Part shown: piece by piece, positions 20,560 through 31,037 of the stretch
Layout: each line of letters starts with the position of its first letter
Position numbering within the stretch: the first letter of the stretch is position 1
Assembly: GCA_035485275.1 (NCBI GenBank)
Contig: DATHOE010000024.1
Coordinates: 43,334-107,333 of the forward strand
Direction: 5' to 3'
Length of the DNA stretch: 64,000 bases
Source of the DNA: a bacterium
Lineage (GTDB): Bacteria; Oederibacteriota; JAJYGY01; DAIDJD01
Notes under the pieces: generated by a model
What the model saw: only the letters and a program-made list of their open reading frames with translations
Databases searched by the model: none
What the model was told of the DNA's origin: nothing
Position numbers and translations under genes: made by a program

Positions 20560-22062
20560 ATGATGGACGGCAGAAAAAGGGATATCCGGGGCCTGGGAGC
20601 GCTGCTGGGTCTGGCCGCGCTGGCCCTGTGCGTGTGGCCCAGCGGCCTGCGCGCCGACGACGACCTGTACCGCCAGCTGAAGCCGCTGATGGAGAGCATG
20701 GCCATCATCCAGGACAACTATGTGGACGCGGACAAGGTGACGTCCGCGAAGCTCGTCTCCGGCGCCATCAAGGGGATGATGGAGCAGCTGGATCCCTTCA
20801 GCGAGTACATGGACCCCGACGCCACCAAGGACATGAACTCCGAGACCGAAGGCTCCTTCGGGGGCCTGGGCATCGAGATCAGCCAGTCCGACAAGATGCT
20901 GACCGTGATCAGCCCCATCGACGGCACCCCCGCGGACAAGGCGGGCATCAAGGCCGGGGACGTCATCCTCAAAATCGACGGGGCCAGCACCGAAGGCATG
21001 GACCTGACCGACGCCGTGCACAAGATGCGCGGCGAGCCCGGCTCCAAGGTCACGATCTCCATCTTCCGCACCGGCTTCGACGCCCCCAAGGACATCAACC
21101 TGGTCCGGGCGGTCATCAAGATGCAGACCGTGAAGTCGTACATGCTGGGCGACAAGGTCGGATACATACGCCTGAGCGAGTTCATGGGCACCTGCGCCGA
21201 GGATTTCGGGGCGGCCCTGGACAAGCTCCGAGACCAGGGGGCCCGCGCCCTCATCATCGACGTCCGCAACAACCCGGGCGGCAAGCTCAATTCCGCGGCC
21301 GCGATCGCCAGCCATTTCGTGGAGCGGGGCAAGGTCATCGTCAGCACCGCGTCGCGCTACAAGGACAAGGACATGAGCTTCGCCAGCGACGGCGGCGACC
21401 GCTGGACCAAGCCCACCGTCATCCTCATCAACGGTGGCTCCGCCTCGGCCAGCGAAATCCTCGCCGGCGCCCTGCAGGACTACGGCCTGGCGGTGGTGGT
21501 GGGCACCAAGAGCTTCGGCAAGGGCTCGGTGCAGACCATCCTTCAGCTCTCCAACGGCGGCTCCCTGCGCCTGACCACCGCGAAATACCTCACGCCCAAT
21601 GGCCGCTCCCTGCACGGGACGGGCATCGACCCCGACGTGCTGTGCGAGGAGGAGCCGGTCAGCAAGGTGATGGCCGGCCTCGAGGAGCAGGGCAGCTTCG
21701 CGGCCTTCGTCAAGTTCTACCGCGTGGAGCACCCCAGTTTCACCCTCAAGGAGGCCGGGCCCAAGACCCCCATCAAGGTCAGCGAGCATGACTGGCAGGT
21801 CCTGAAGCCCGAGAGCAAGGAGGACATCCTGCTCGACGACTTCCAGGCCTACCTCGACAAGCACGGCAAGCGCCTCGACCCCGACGACCTCGCCCGGGAG
21901 CGCACGCACCTGCTGGCCGGCATCAACGAGGAACTGGCCCGCCAGACCGGCGGCGAGGACGCCGCCCGCATCCAGGCCCTCAGCGACGACCCCCAGGTCG
22001 GCGAAGCCCTGAACGTGCTCAGCGTGGAACGCATCCTGGCGTCCCGCTCCGGTTCGCGCTGA
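20560..22062 (+). CDS. ctpA: carboxyl-terminal processing protease (S41A, PDZ-containing)
   Basis: PDZ domain GIEISQSDKMLTVISPIDGTPADKAGIKAGDVILKIDG and S41 catalytic region LIIDVRNNPGG...GGSASASEI. Confidence 0.9.
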   Translation: MMDGRKRDIRGLGALLGLAALALCVWPSGLRADDDLYRQLKPLMESMAIIQDNYVDADKVTSAKLVSGAIKGMMEQLDPFSEYMDPDATKDMNSETEGSFGGLGIEISQSDKMLTVISPIDGTPADKAGIKAGDVILKIDGASTEGMDLTDAVHKMRGEPGSKVTISIFRTGFDAPKDINLVRAVIKMQTVKSYMLGDKVGYIRLSEFMGTCAEDFGAALDKLRDQGARALIIDVRNNPGGKLNSAAAIASHFVERGKVIVSTASRYKDKDMSFASDGGDRWTKPTVILINGGSASASEILAGALQDYGLAVVVGTKSFGKGSVQTILQLSNGGSLRLTTAKYLTPNGRSLHGTGIDPDVLCEEEPVSKVMAGLEEQGSFAAFVKFYRVEHPSFTLKEAGPKTPIKVSEHDWQVLKPESKEDILLDDFQAYLDKHGKRLDPDDLARERTHLLAGINEELARQTGGEDAARIQALSDDPQVGEALNVLSVERILASRSGSR

Positions 22063-22913
22063 TGGCCCGGCGCGCGCTCCTGGCGCTGGCCGCGCTGGCC
22101 CTGGGGGGCCTGGCGCTCTGGTGGCTGTATCCGGGCGTCTTCGGGCGTCTGGCTCCTGCTCCGCCTCCCGCTCCCGCCGCGCAGCCCACTCCGCTTGCGG
22201 CGCCGACGGCCGCCCCCGTGGCGGCCGCGCCCACCACGGTCCCCCGCCCCGCCGGGGCGCTGCTGGCGCTGGTCCTGGACGACTGGGGATACCAGAAGGC
22301 ACCGGTGGAGCGCCTGAAAACCATGCGCTTCCCCATGACCACCTCGATCCTCCCCAACCTGCCGTACAGCCGGGCCGCCGCGGACGCCAGCCACGCGGAC
22401 GGGGACGTGGTGATCCTGCACTGCCCGATGCAGTCGGTGAAGTCGGTCCACAGGGAGCGCAACACCCTGCTGACCACCATGACCCGGGCGCAGGAGCTGG
22501 CCGCGCTCAACGCCGACTGGGACTCGGTCCCCTGGCTGGTCGGCATGAACAACCACGAGGGCTCCAAAGCCAGCGCGGACCGCAGGCTCATGGACGTGGC
22601 CGCCGCCTTCCTCAAGGGCAAAGGGGCGTTTTTCCTGGACAGCGTGACGACGCCCCGCAGCGCCATCCCGGCGGCCGCGCGCGCCGCGGGCATCCCCTGG
22701 GCGCGCCGGCGCGTCTTTCTGGACAACGTGATCAAGGAGCCGGCCATCGAGGCCGAGCTTGAGGTGGCGGTGAAGCTGGCATTGAAGGACGGCTCCTGCA
22801 TCGCCATCGGGCATCCCCACAAGGAGACCCTCAACGTGCTGGAGCGCATGGCCCCGACCCTGGCCGCGCGCGGCGTCACCCTGGTGACGGTCGACACGCT
22901 CGTGCACCCCTGA
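22062..22913 (+). CDS. divergent polysaccharide deacetylase family protein (YibQ-like)
   Basis: N-terminal TM segment, then LALVLDDWGY...; the envC-ctpA-yibQ linkage is common. Confidence 0.75.
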   Translation: MARRALLALAALALGGLALWWLYPGVFGRLAPAPPPAPAAQPTPLAAPTAAPVAAAPTTVPRPAGALLALVLDDWGYQKAPVERLKTMRFPMTTSILPNLPYSRAAADASHADGDVVILHCPMQSVKSVHRERNTLLTTMTRAQELAALNADWDSVPWLVGMNNHEGSKASADRRLMDVAAAFLKGKGAFFLDSVTTPRSAIPAAARAAGIPWARRRVFLDNVIKEPAIEAELEVAVKLALKDGSCIAIGHPHKETLNVLERMAPTLAARGVTLVTVDTLVHP

Positions 22914-22923
22914 AGGCTTAGGC

Positions 22924-23937
22924 ATGATCGTCCTGGGCATTGAAAGCAGCTGCGACGAGACCGGCGCGGGCCTGGTGGATATGCGCGGCCCGACGGTGCT
23001 CGCCAACGTGGTCGCCAGCCAGCATTCCACCCACGCCATGTACGGCGGGGTGGTGCCGGAGCTGGCCTCGCGGGAGCACCTCCGCAACCTGGGCCCGGTG
23101 GTGCGGGAGGCCCTGGACCGCGCCGGGCTGCCCATCGCGGCGGTGGACGCGATCGCCGTCACCCGCGGCCCCGGCCTGGCCGGATGCCTGCACCTGGGGC
23201 TTTCCGCGGCCAAGGCCATGGCGATGGCCCTGGACAAACCTTGGGTTGGGGTGAACCATTTAGAGGGGCATCTTCTGGCCGCTTTCCTGGAGCACAAGGG
23301 CCTCGCTTTCCCCTACCTCGGCCTGGTGGTGTCGGGCGGGCACACCAGCCTCGTGGACGTGCGCGGCCCGTCCTCCCGCCGGCGCCTGGAGTCGACGCTC
23401 GACGACGCGGCCGGGGAGGCCTTCGACAAGGTCGCCAAGCTCCTGGACCTCGGCTTCCCCGGGGGGCCGGCCCTGGACGGCCTGGCCCAGACCCACGCCG
23501 GCGCGGGCGTGAGCTTCCCCAAGGCGCGGCCCAAGGGCGGCGCCTCCGGTTTCAGCTATTCGGGTCTGAAGACCGCGGTCCGGACGCACCTTGAAAAGCT
23601 CGGGCGCGCGGGGCTCGAGCCGGACCGGGCCTCCGTGGCCGCGGGCTTCCGCCGGGCGGCCGTGGAGCCGCTGGTGGAAAAGGCCGTGCAGGAGGCCCTG
23701 CGGCTCGGATACGGCAGGGTCGTGGCCGGCGGCGGCGTGGCCGCCAACCGGCTGCTGCGGGAGCGCCTGCGTTCCGCCTGCGCGGAGGCCGGGCTCGAGG
23801 CGGTGCTGTGCGGCCCGGCGTTGTGCGCGGACAACGGCGCCATGATCGCCTACGCCGGCGGCCTGCGACTGATGCAAGGACAGCGGTCCCCCTGGGACCT
23901 TGGAATCGACCCCAATCTCGATGAGTGCGCGGCCTGA
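22924..23937 (+). CDS. tsaD: tRNA N6-adenosine threonylcarbamoyltransferase
   Basis: MIVLGIESSCDETGAGLV N-terminus with Kae1/TsaD metal-binding H...H motifs. Confidence 0.9.
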   Translation: MIVLGIESSCDETGAGLVDMRGPTVLANVVASQHSTHAMYGGVVPELASREHLRNLGPVVREALDRAGLPIAAVDAIAVTRGPGLAGCLHLGLSAAKAMAMALDKPWVGVNHLEGHLLAAFLEHKGLAFPYLGLVVSGGHTSLVDVRGPSSRRRLESTLDDAAGEAFDKVAKLLDLGFPGGPALDGLAQTHAGAGVSFPKARPKGGASGFSYSGLKTAVRTHLEKLGRAGLEPDRASVAAGFRRAAVEPLVEKAVQEALRLGYGRVVAGGGVAANRLLRERLRSACAEAGLEAVLCGPALCADNGAMIAYAGGLRLMQGQRSPWDLGIDPNLDECAA

Positions 23938-24998
23938 TGCTTAAAGAGATCCGCCTCGGCGGCCTGTGCGTCGAAAACAACCTCTGGATGTCGCCCCTGT
24001 GCGGGGTGACGGACATCCCTTTCCGCGCCCTGGTCAAGGAGCAGGGCGCCGGGCTGGTGCATACCCAGATGGTGAGCTGCGCGGCGCTGGTCCGGGGCGG
24101 GGATTCCAACCAGAGGACGCGGGAGATCATGTCCCTGGCCCCCGGGGAAGGCCCGGTGGGCATACAGCTCTTCGGCTGCGACCTCGCTGAGATGGCCGAA
24201 GGCGCGCGCCAGGTCGAGAAGGAGGGCGCCCATGTGGTCAGCCTGAACTTCGGCTGCCCGGTGCCCAAGGTGGTCAAGCACAACGGCGGCTCGGCGCTCC
24301 TCAAGGAGCCCGCCACGGTGGGGGCGGTGACCGCCGCCGTGGTCCGCGCGACGCGGCTGCCCGTGGTCCCCAAGATCCGCCTGGGCTGGGACGAGGCCTC
24401 GGTCAACGCCGTGGAGATCGCCAGCCGCATCGAGCAGGCCGGCGCCGCGGCCCTGGTCGTGCACGGACGCACCCGCTCCCAGGGATACGGCGGGCGTGCA
24501 GACTGGAGCACCATCTCCGCCGTGAAGCGGGCCGTGTCCATCCCGGTGATCGGCAACGGCGACCTTTTCACCCCCGGCGACATCGCGTTGCAGCTGGCCG
24601 AAAGCGGCGTGGACGGGGTCATGCTCGGGCGCGGAGCCATGGGCAACCCCTGGCTGTTCAGCCGGGCCCTGGCCGTCCTGCGGGGGGAGGCGGACCCCGG
24701 CGCGCCCACGGCCGAGACGCGGGTGACGACCCTGCGCAGGCACATCGGCATGGCGCACCAGAGGCGGGGCCGTCCGGCCCTGGCCGAAATGCGCAAGCAC
24801 GCCATGTGGTACCTGAAGGGCCTGCCGGAGGCGGCGGAGCGGCGGCGGGAGCTGAACGCCACCCTCGATTTCGACGAGATCACGGCCATCCTGGACGCCT
24901 ACGCGGCCTGGCTGCTTGCCCATCCCGAGGCCGTGGCCGCGGACCGCGAGGCTTCCTTCGCCGGAGCGGGAGAACCCGGGCTTGAAGAGGCGGTGTGA
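23925..24998 (+). CDS. dusB: tRNA-dihydrouridine synthase
   Basis: LSPLCGVTDIPFR...NFGCP catalytic Cys region of the Dus family; TIM-barrel length. Confidence 0.85.
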   Translation: MRGLMLKEIRLGGLCVENNLWMSPLCGVTDIPFRALVKEQGAGLVHTQMVSCAALVRGGDSNQRTREIMSLAPGEGPVGIQLFGCDLAEMAEGARQVEKEGAHVVSLNFGCPVPKVVKHNGGSALLKEPATVGAVTAAVVRATRLPVVPKIRLGWDEASVNAVEIASRIEQAGAAALVVHGRTRSQGYGGRADWSTISAVKRAVSIPVIGNGDLFTPGDIALQLAESGVDGVMLGRGAMGNPWLFSRALAVLRGEADPGAPTAETRVTTLRRHIGMAHQRRGRPALAEMRKHAMWYLKGLPEAAERRRELNATLDFDEITAILDAYAAWLLAHPEAVAADREASFAGAGEPGLEEAV

Positions 24999-25900
24999 TG
25001 GCCGGGGTCCCGGCCCGCGGAGCGGTCTTGGGCCTCGCGGCCGCCTTGCTGTTCACGGCTTGCGCGGGGCCGCGCTACGGCGGTCCCCTCTATGAGAGGG
25101 GCCTGGATTTTGAGCGCCGGGGCCGTCTGGACGAGGCGGTGGCGGCCCTGCGGCAGGCCGCGGACCGCGACCGAGGCGACCCGGTGCCGCGCGAGGCCCT
25201 GGCCAGCCTTTTCTACCGGCGCGGCTGGCTGGCCAGCGCCACCCAGGCCTGGGAGACGGCGCTGGCGGATTCCTCCGGGGTCAAGGGCGGCGCCCCCGAC
25301 TCGGCGGCGGAAGAGGCGCGCCGGCGCGCCGCGGCCGGCCTGCTCAAAATCTACCTGGCCCGCGGGGCCGCCTCGGTCCGCGGCGCGCTGTGGGCCGACG
25401 CATCGGCGGATTACCTGCGCGCCACGGAGCTGGACTCAGGGAACGCCGAGGCCTGGTGCGGATTGGCCCTGGCGGCCGGGCGGCTGAAGGACAAGGACAC
25501 GGCCTATCTGGCCTACCGCCGCGCCTTCGAGCTGGTGCCGGGGAACGCTGACCTGGCCTGGGGCTACGGCTACGAAGCCCACGCGGTGTCCAGGTTCGGG
25601 GACGCGCTTGAGGCGTACCGCCGCTACACCAGCCTGGAGCCGCTGGACGCCAGGGGCTGGAACAACGAGGGGACGATCCTGGTGGAACTGGGGCGTTTCG
25701 CCGAAAGCCAGGCCTGCTTCGACAGGGCCCTGGCCCTGCGGCCCGCGCTGATCCCCGCCCTCAACGGCAAGGGCAGCGCCTTCTACTACGCGGCGCGTTT
25801 CGAGGACGCCCGCTCCCAGTGGGCGAGGGTTCTCGACCTCGACCCGGGCGACCCGACCGCAACGCGGAATATGAGCACTCTCGTGAAGATGGGGTTCTGA
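24995..25900 (+). CDS. TPR-repeat lipoprotein
   Basis: Lipobox LLFTAC followed by multiple TPR-like repeats (W-LG-Y / A-F-A-P patterns). Confidence 0.7.
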   Translation: MMAGVPARGAVLGLAAALLFTACAGPRYGGPLYERGLDFERRGRLDEAVAALRQAADRDRGDPVPREALASLFYRRGWLASATQAWETALADSSGVKGGAPDSAAEEARRRAAAGLLKIYLARGAASVRGALWADASADYLRATELDSGNAEAWCGLALAAGRLKDKDTAYLAYRRAFELVPGNADLAWGYGYEAHAVSRFGDALEAYRRYTSLEPLDARGWNNEGTILVELGRFAESQACFDRALALRPALIPALNGKGSAFYYAARFEDARSQWARVLDLDPGDPTATRNMSTLVKMGF

Positions 25901-26397
25901 TGCGCCGGCACCTGCTGTATCCCGGATCCTTTGACCCGCCCACCCTGGGCCACCTCGACCTGATCCGCCGGGGGCACGCCCTGTTCCCGAAGCTCACGGT
26001 GGCGGTGCTGCGCAACGGCGCGAAATCGTCCCTGTTCAGCGTGGCGGAGCGCGTGGCCATGCTCAAGCACATGACCAAGGGCCTCAGGGGGGTCGGCGTC
26101 ACGAGCTTCGACGGCCTGCTGGTCGACTACCTGAAGAGCGTCCGCAATCCGGTGGTCCTAAGGGGCCTGCGGGTGGTTTCCGATTTTGAGTACGAATTCC
26201 AGATGGCCCTGATGAACCGGAAGCTCGATCCGGCCTTTGAAGTGCTCTACCTGATGCCCGACGAACGCTACAGCTACATCTCCAGCTCCCTGGTCCGCGA
26301 AGTGGCCCGCCTGGGGGGCAAGGTCCACCAATTCGTCCCCAAAGAAGTGGCCCGGCGCGTGCACGAAGCCATGCGCCTCAAGGCCCTGATCGCCTGA
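25900..26397 (+). CDS. coaD: phosphopantetheine adenylyltransferase
   Basis: ATG overlaps the preceding stop (TGATG); YPGSFDPPTLGHLDLI nucleotidyltransferase HxGH motif. Confidence 0.9.
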   Translation: MRRHLLYPGSFDPPTLGHLDLIRRGHALFPKLTVAVLRNGAKSSLFSVAERVAMLKHMTKGLRGVGVTSFDGLLVDYLKSVRNPVVLRGLRVVSDFEYEFQMALMNRKLDPAFEVLYLMPDERYSYISSSLVREVARLGGKVHQFVPKEVARRVHEAMRLKALIA

Positions 26398-28720
26398 GGG
26401 CGCCGCCCTTTTTGTTCCCCGAGCCCATGAGCGCCAGTCCGATCAGCGCTGCCAGGCCGGCCAGGCAGGCCGCCAGCGCATCGTAGAACAATCCATCGTC
26501 AAAACTGAAATCCAAGCGGTGCCGACCCGGGCCGAGGATGACGGCCTGGAAATCGCCGTCCGCCTTCAGCACCGGCGCGTCCCGGCCGTCCACGGAGCAG
26601 CGCCAGGAGGGGTACCAGGTGTCCGACAGCACCAGGGCCGAGGCCTCGTCCGTGGTGACGGCGAGCGAGAAGGACTGGGGCGAGCGCGCGAGCCAGGCGA
26701 CGCTGCCCTTGGGCGGGGCGCCGCCGAGCCCGGCGTCCACAGCCAGGGCCACCTCGCTGCGCGGCTCGAAGGTCCCGCCGGCCACCAAACGGCAGGCTTC
26801 CTCCTCGCCGGGCACCCTGACGCTGCGCCCCACCAGCCAGGCGCGCGGCAGGGCCCCGCGGTTCTCGTAGACCGTCACCTGGTCTCCGGGTACCGAGGAT
26901 TTCAGCTTGGAGTGGCGGAAGACGTAGCGGACGTTGAACAGGTCCAGGAAGTCCGTCCAGGCGCCCGTGGACGGGGGCACCGAGGACATGAGCCGCGCGA
27001 AGCTGGCTATGGGCACGGATTCGTCGCCGTACAGGTTCTCGTATCCCAGAAGGATGGCGTTGTTGGGGTTGGCGCTGTCCGGATCCAGGACGCGCCAGGG
27101 CTCCAGGCCCGGCGGGGAAGGGGGCCGCGCCGCAAAATTTGTTTTTTCCATCGCCGTTTGTATGTCCGTGAAACGGATGAAGCGGGTGAAGAGGGGCTGG
27201 AGATCCAGGCAGTGCACGGCCAGCGCCAAAAGCAGCGCGACCCTTGCGTCCAGCCGCCTGGCCGCAAGGAACAGGAAGACCAGCAGAGCCGGCACGAGCC
27301 CCAGCGTGGCCAGGGCGGATTGGCGGGCCAGGGACGCGAGCAGGGCCACCGCGGAGGGATAGGAGCCGGCCAGGGCCGGAAGCCAGGGCATGGCGGGCGC
27401 GTCCAGGGCCGCGCGCCCGTCCGCCGCGGCGAAAGCCAGGGCCGCCGCCGCCAGCGCCAGGGCGGAAAAAACACAGGCCCCGCGCAGGGCCGCCGCCCGG
27501 GTCTCCCGCGCCCTCAGGGCGTCCCAGCCGAAGGCGGCCAGGCTGCAGACGGCGAAGGTGAGCAGGAACAGGGTCCGGCTCCAGATCCTGAAACCGGAAA
27601 CGATGGGCAGGCTTTGGAACAAAGCATAAAAGGGCGTCCAGAACCCCTGCGCGAAGAAGAAGGCCAGCAGCGCCAGCGCGGCCATCCAGCGCACCCGGGC
27701 GTCGCGCAGCCACAGCGCTGAGAGGGCGCACGCGGCCAGGGCCCACGGCAGCAGACCGAAGTACTCCGTGGTGAAGCTGTCTTTCACGGCCCCGTGGTAG
27801 GTGGGTTCCTGCCAGCCGAAGAAGCCCGGCACCCACCAGGTCAGGGCGTCGCTGAGGCTGATCGACCCCCCGACGAAGGCGGCATGGGAGAAGCCGCTGC
27901 GCGCGGCCAGGGGCAGGTACTGGAGGGTCAGCCAGAGCTGGGGAGCGGACAGAAGGAAGGCCGCGCCAAGGGCCAGAGCCAGGCCCTTGAGCACGGGCAG
28001 GCAGGCGGCCGGCCCCCTGGGAGCGGCGCTTTGGCCCGGCACCGCGTCCTCCCCCTTCCAGGCGAGGGCCAGGGTGAAACAGGCCAGCGCAGCCAGGGTG
28101 TAGGCGAGCAGCTGGGAGGCTCCGGCCAGGACCTGCAGGGCGAAGGCCAGCCCGCACAGGCCCCAGGCGAACCAGGATCCCTCTTTGGCGCCCTTGTGCG
28201 CCGCCCAGAAAGCCCAGGGCACCAGGGCCACGCCCTCCACGAAGTTGTAAAAACCACCGTAGAGCTGGGACAGCTCGGAGCCCGACAGGGCGAAGAAGAA
28301 GGCCCCCAGCAGGGCCGCCGGAAATCCGCGGCCCAGGCGCCGCAGGAACAGGAACATGCCGATCCCGGCCAGGGCCACGTGGACGGAGGCGTCCAGTCCC
28401 AGGAGGGTCTGGAAGGGCAGGCCCCCAAGGTATCCGATGAGGTAGGTCGGGCTCAGGAACATGAGGTTGCAGGACGCGATCCCGGGCATGCCGCCGAGCA
28501 GGTCCGGCATCCACAAGGGCCATTGGTGGGCGGCCAGGCTTTTTTGGATCTCACAATAGAAGGGCAGGCCCAGGGCGAACACGTCGTGTCCGTAGATCAA
28601 TTTGTTCAAAAACAGCGCCGGAAAAAACAGGATCAGGGGTACGGCGACGAAAAAGGCCAGGGCCGCGAGCGTGCGGCGGCCTTCCTTCGGCGTTCCGTCC
28701 CGCTCAGCGGTTTCGGTCAT
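26378..28720 (-). CDS. YfhO-like GT-C-fold membrane glycosyltransferase, paralog 1 (longest ORF extends to 28777)
   Basis: About 780 aa with an N-terminal polytopic domain carrying conserved WPLWMPDLLGGMPGIASCNLMFL and GSELSQLYGGFYNFVEGVALVPWAFW blocks, plus a C-terminal soluble domain (VYENRGALPRAW...TWYPSWRCSVDGRDAPVLKADG) shared with paralogs 2 and 3. The 3' end converges on and overlaps the coaD end by 20 nt. Confidence 0.75.
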   Translation of the reverse strand: MTETAERDGTPKEGRRTLAALAFFVAVPLILFFPALFLNKLIYGHDVFALGLPFYCEIQKSLAAHQWPLWMPDLLGGMPGIASCNLMFLSPTYLIGYLGGLPFQTLLGLDASVHVALAGIGMFLFLRRLGRGFPAALLGAFFFALSGSELSQLYGGFYNFVEGVALVPWAFWAAHKGAKEGSWFAWGLCGLAFALQVLAGASQLLAYTLAALACFTLALAWKGEDAVPGQSAAPRGPAACLPVLKGLALALGAAFLLSAPQLWLTLQYLPLAARSGFSHAAFVGGSISLSDALTWWVPGFFGWQEPTYHGAVKDSFTTEYFGLLPWALAACALSALWLRDARVRWMAALALLAFFFAQGFWTPFYALFQSLPIVSGFRIWSRTLFLLTFAVCSLAAFGWDALRARETRAAALRGACVFSALALAAAALAFAAADGRAALDAPAMPWLPALAGSYPSAVALLASLARQSALATLGLVPALLVFLFLAARRLDARVALLLALAVHCLDLQPLFTRFIRFTDIQTAMEKTNFAARPPSPPGLEPWRVLDPDSANPNNAILLGYENLYGDESVPIASFARLMSSVPPSTGAWTDFLDLFNVRYVFRHSKLKSSVPGDQVTVYENRGALPRAWLVGRSVRVPGEEEACRLVAGGTFEPRSEVALAVDAGLGGAPPKGSVAWLARSPQSFSLAVTTDEASALVLSDTWYPSWRCSVDGRDAPVLKADGDFQAVILGPGRHRLDFSFDDGLFYDALAACLAGLAALIGLALMGSGNKKGGALRRSGP
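26551..26630. repeat. ~80-nt DNA block (copy A) shared at high identity among the three YfhO-like paralogs
   Basis: cgccttcagcaccggcgcgtcccggccgtccacgg...cagcgccaggaggggtaccagg, seen directly in the sequence; somewhat more diverged than copies B and C. Confidence 0.8.
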
Positions 28721-31037
28721 AGCGGTACAATCCACACAGGGCCACCAGGCCCGCCAGACAGGCGGCGAGGGCGTCATAGAATAGGCTCGGATCGAAGCGG
28801 AAATCCACCTGGTGCCGCCCGGGCGGCAGCAGGACCGCCTGCAGGCCGCCGTCTGCCTTCAGCACCGGCGCGTCCCGGCCGTCCACGGCGCAGCGCCAGG
28901 AGGGGTACCAGGCGTTGGACAGCACCAGCGCCGCGTCCCGGTCCGTTGCCACGCCCAGGGAACAGCTCTGGGGGCCGCGGCCGAGCCAGACCACCCCTCC
29001 CTTGGGGGAATCAGCGGGGGTCCCGGGGCCGGGCTTGAGACCGCTGTCCACGGGCAGCGCCACCTCCAGGCGGGGATTGAAGCCGGGATCCGCCAGCAGG
29101 CGGTAGGCGTCCTCGTCCCCGCCGACCTTCCGGGCCAGGCCGGCCAGCCAGGCCCGCGGGAAGACCTTGCGGTTCTCGTAGATCGTCACGCTGTCGCCGG
29201 GTTCGGTCGAGCCGCGCCGGGTGTGGGAGAAGTAATAGCGTTCGTTCAGGAAACTGCTCCAGTCCCTGCCCGCCGCGCCCATGGCGTCGACGATCCGTAT
29301 GCGGCTTTGCAGGGGAAGGGACTCCCGGCCCCCCAGGTTTTCATAACCCAGCAGTATGTTGTTGTCGGGGAACGAATTGTCGACGTCATAAATGCGCCAG
29401 GGCTCGACGCCTTCCGGCGGCGGCGGCGGGACCGTGAAATGGGGATGGCCGACGGCGTCCGCCGGGTCGATGAAGGTTATGGAGCGCCGGATCAGCTGGC
29501 TTTGGTCGAAGCCGTGGAAACCGAGCGCCAGGAGCAGGGCCGCGGAGGCCCCCAGGCCTTTCGTCCCCCATCGCCCCGCGGCGATGAGGACGGCCATAAG
29601 CACGGGGACGAGGGTCAGCGTGGTCAGGGCCGAATTCCGGGCCAAGGCCGTGAGCAGGTCCGCCATGGGCCGGGGATCCGTATGGAAGCCCATGGCCGCG
29701 AACAGCGCGGGGACGTCCGCGACGGCGCGGGCACGGGCGCATTCCAAGGAGACCGCCGCGGCCGCCAGCGCCAGCGCCGCGAACAGCGCCGTCCCGCGCA
29801 GGGCCGCGGTCCGGCTGCCGGACGCCCGCAGGGCGTCCCAACCGAAGGCGGCCGTGACGCACACCGCGAAGGTCACTAGAAAAAGAATGCGGCTCCAGAT
29901 CCGGAAGCCGGACACGATGGGCAACGCGTGGAAGGGTCCGTAGAAGGGTGCCCATGCGTTCTGGGCGAAGAAAAACGCGGACAGCGCCAACGCCGCCATC
30001 CAGCGCACCCAGGCTTCCCGCCGCCACAGCGAAAATAATGCCCCCGCGGCCAGGGCCCAGGGCAGCAGCCCGAAGTATTCGCTGGTTTCGCTCATGCCCG
30101 TGGCACCGTGGTAGGTGGGGGATTGCCAACCGAAGAAGCCCGGCACCAGCCAGCTCAGCGCCTCCGCGGGGCTGACGGAGCCGGAGAGGAACTGCGCCCG
30201 ACTCCAGCCAGCCTGGCGGGCGGACAGCGGCAGGTATTGCAGGCTCAGCCACAGTTGGGGCGCGGACAGCAGGAAGGCCAAACCCAGGGCCAGGGCCAGG
30301 CCTTGGAATACGCGGACGCCGGCTTTCATCCTCCCCGGGAAGCCTTCGGCCCCATCCTCGGCGCTGCGTCTCCATTCCATGGCCAAGGCAAAGGCGGCCA
30401 CGGCGAAGAAGGTGTAGGCGAAGATTTGGCTCGCGATGGCCAGGATCTGGAGGGCGAAGGCCAATCCGCACAGGCCCCAGGCGAACCAGGACCTATCCTT
30501 GCAGGCTTTGTGTGCCGCCCAGAAGGCCCAGGGGACCAGCGCGATGCCTTCCACGAAGTTGTAGTAGCCTCCCAGCATCTGGGAAAGCTCGGAACCGGAC
30601 ACGGCGAAGAAGAAGGCCCCCAAAAGCGAAGCGGAGACGCCGCGCCCCAGCCTGCGCAGCAAAAAGAACATGCCGATGCCGGCCAGGGCGATGTGGATGA
30701 CGGCATCCAGGCCTATCTGTATGCGCGTGGGCCAATCGGCCAGCACGGAGAGCAGGTCGCTGGGGTAAAGGAACATCAGGTTGCAGGCGGCGATCCCGGG
30801 CATGCCACCTAGGACGTCGGGCATCCAAAGGGGCCACTGGTGCACGGCGATGCTGCGCCTAAGTTCGGTCTGGAAGGCGACCCCCATCGCACTCACGTCA
30901 TACCCGTAGATCATTTTGCCGGACGCGAAGACGGGCCAGCAGAGGAAGAGGGGGACCGCGGCCAGGAAAAGGACGGAAAAAAAGGCGCCCCATCCTTCCG
31001 CCGACGGCGAAGCGGGACGGGAAGCGGGGCGCATCAC
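28704..31037 (-). CDS. YfhO-like GT-C-fold membrane glycosyltransferase, paralog 2
   Basis: Same conserved blocks as paralog 1 (WPLWMPDVLGGMPGIAACNLMFLYP; GSELSQMLGGYYNFVEGIALVPWAFW; IYENRKVFPRAW; NAWYPSWRCAVDGRDAPVLKADG). Confidence 0.8.
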   Translation of the reverse strand: MMRPASRPASPSAEGWGAFFSVLFLAAVPLFLCWPVFASGKMIYGYDVSAMGVAFQTELRRSIAVHQWPLWMPDVLGGMPGIAACNLMFLYPSDLLSVLADWPTRIQIGLDAVIHIALAGIGMFFLLRRLGRGVSASLLGAFFFAVSGSELSQMLGGYYNFVEGIALVPWAFWAAHKACKDRSWFAWGLCGLAFALQILAIASQIFAYTFFAVAAFALAMEWRRSAEDGAEGFPGRMKAGVRVFQGLALALGLAFLLSAPQLWLSLQYLPLSARQAGWSRAQFLSGSVSPAEALSWLVPGFFGWQSPTYHGATGMSETSEYFGLLPWALAAGALFSLWRREAWVRWMAALALSAFFFAQNAWAPFYGPFHALPIVSGFRIWSRILFLVTFAVCVTAAFGWDALRASGSRTAALRGTALFAALALAAAAVSLECARARAVADVPALFAAMGFHTDPRPMADLLTALARNSALTTLTLVPVLMAVLIAAGRWGTKGLGASAALLLALGFHGFDQSQLIRRSITFIDPADAVGHPHFTVPPPPPEGVEPWRIYDVDNSFPDNNILLGYENLGGRESLPLQSRIRIVDAMGAAGRDWSSFLNERYYFSHTRRGSTEPGDSVTIYENRKVFPRAWLAGLARKVGGDEDAYRLLADPGFNPRLEVALPVDSGLKPGPGTPADSPKGGVVWLGRGPQSCSLGVATDRDAALVLSNAWYPSWRCAVDGRDAPVLKADGGLQAVLLPPGRHQVDFRFDPSLFYDALAACLAGLVALCGLYRYDRNR
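28854..28936. repeat. ~80-nt DNA block (copy B), nearly identical to copy C
   Basis: tgccttcagcaccggcgcgtcccggccgtccacggcgcagcgccaggaggggtaccaggcgttggacagcaccagcgccgcg. Confidence 0.85.

Noticed and set aside
20539-22302. 587-aa minus-strand ORF antisense to ctpA
   Set aside because: Shadow ORF.
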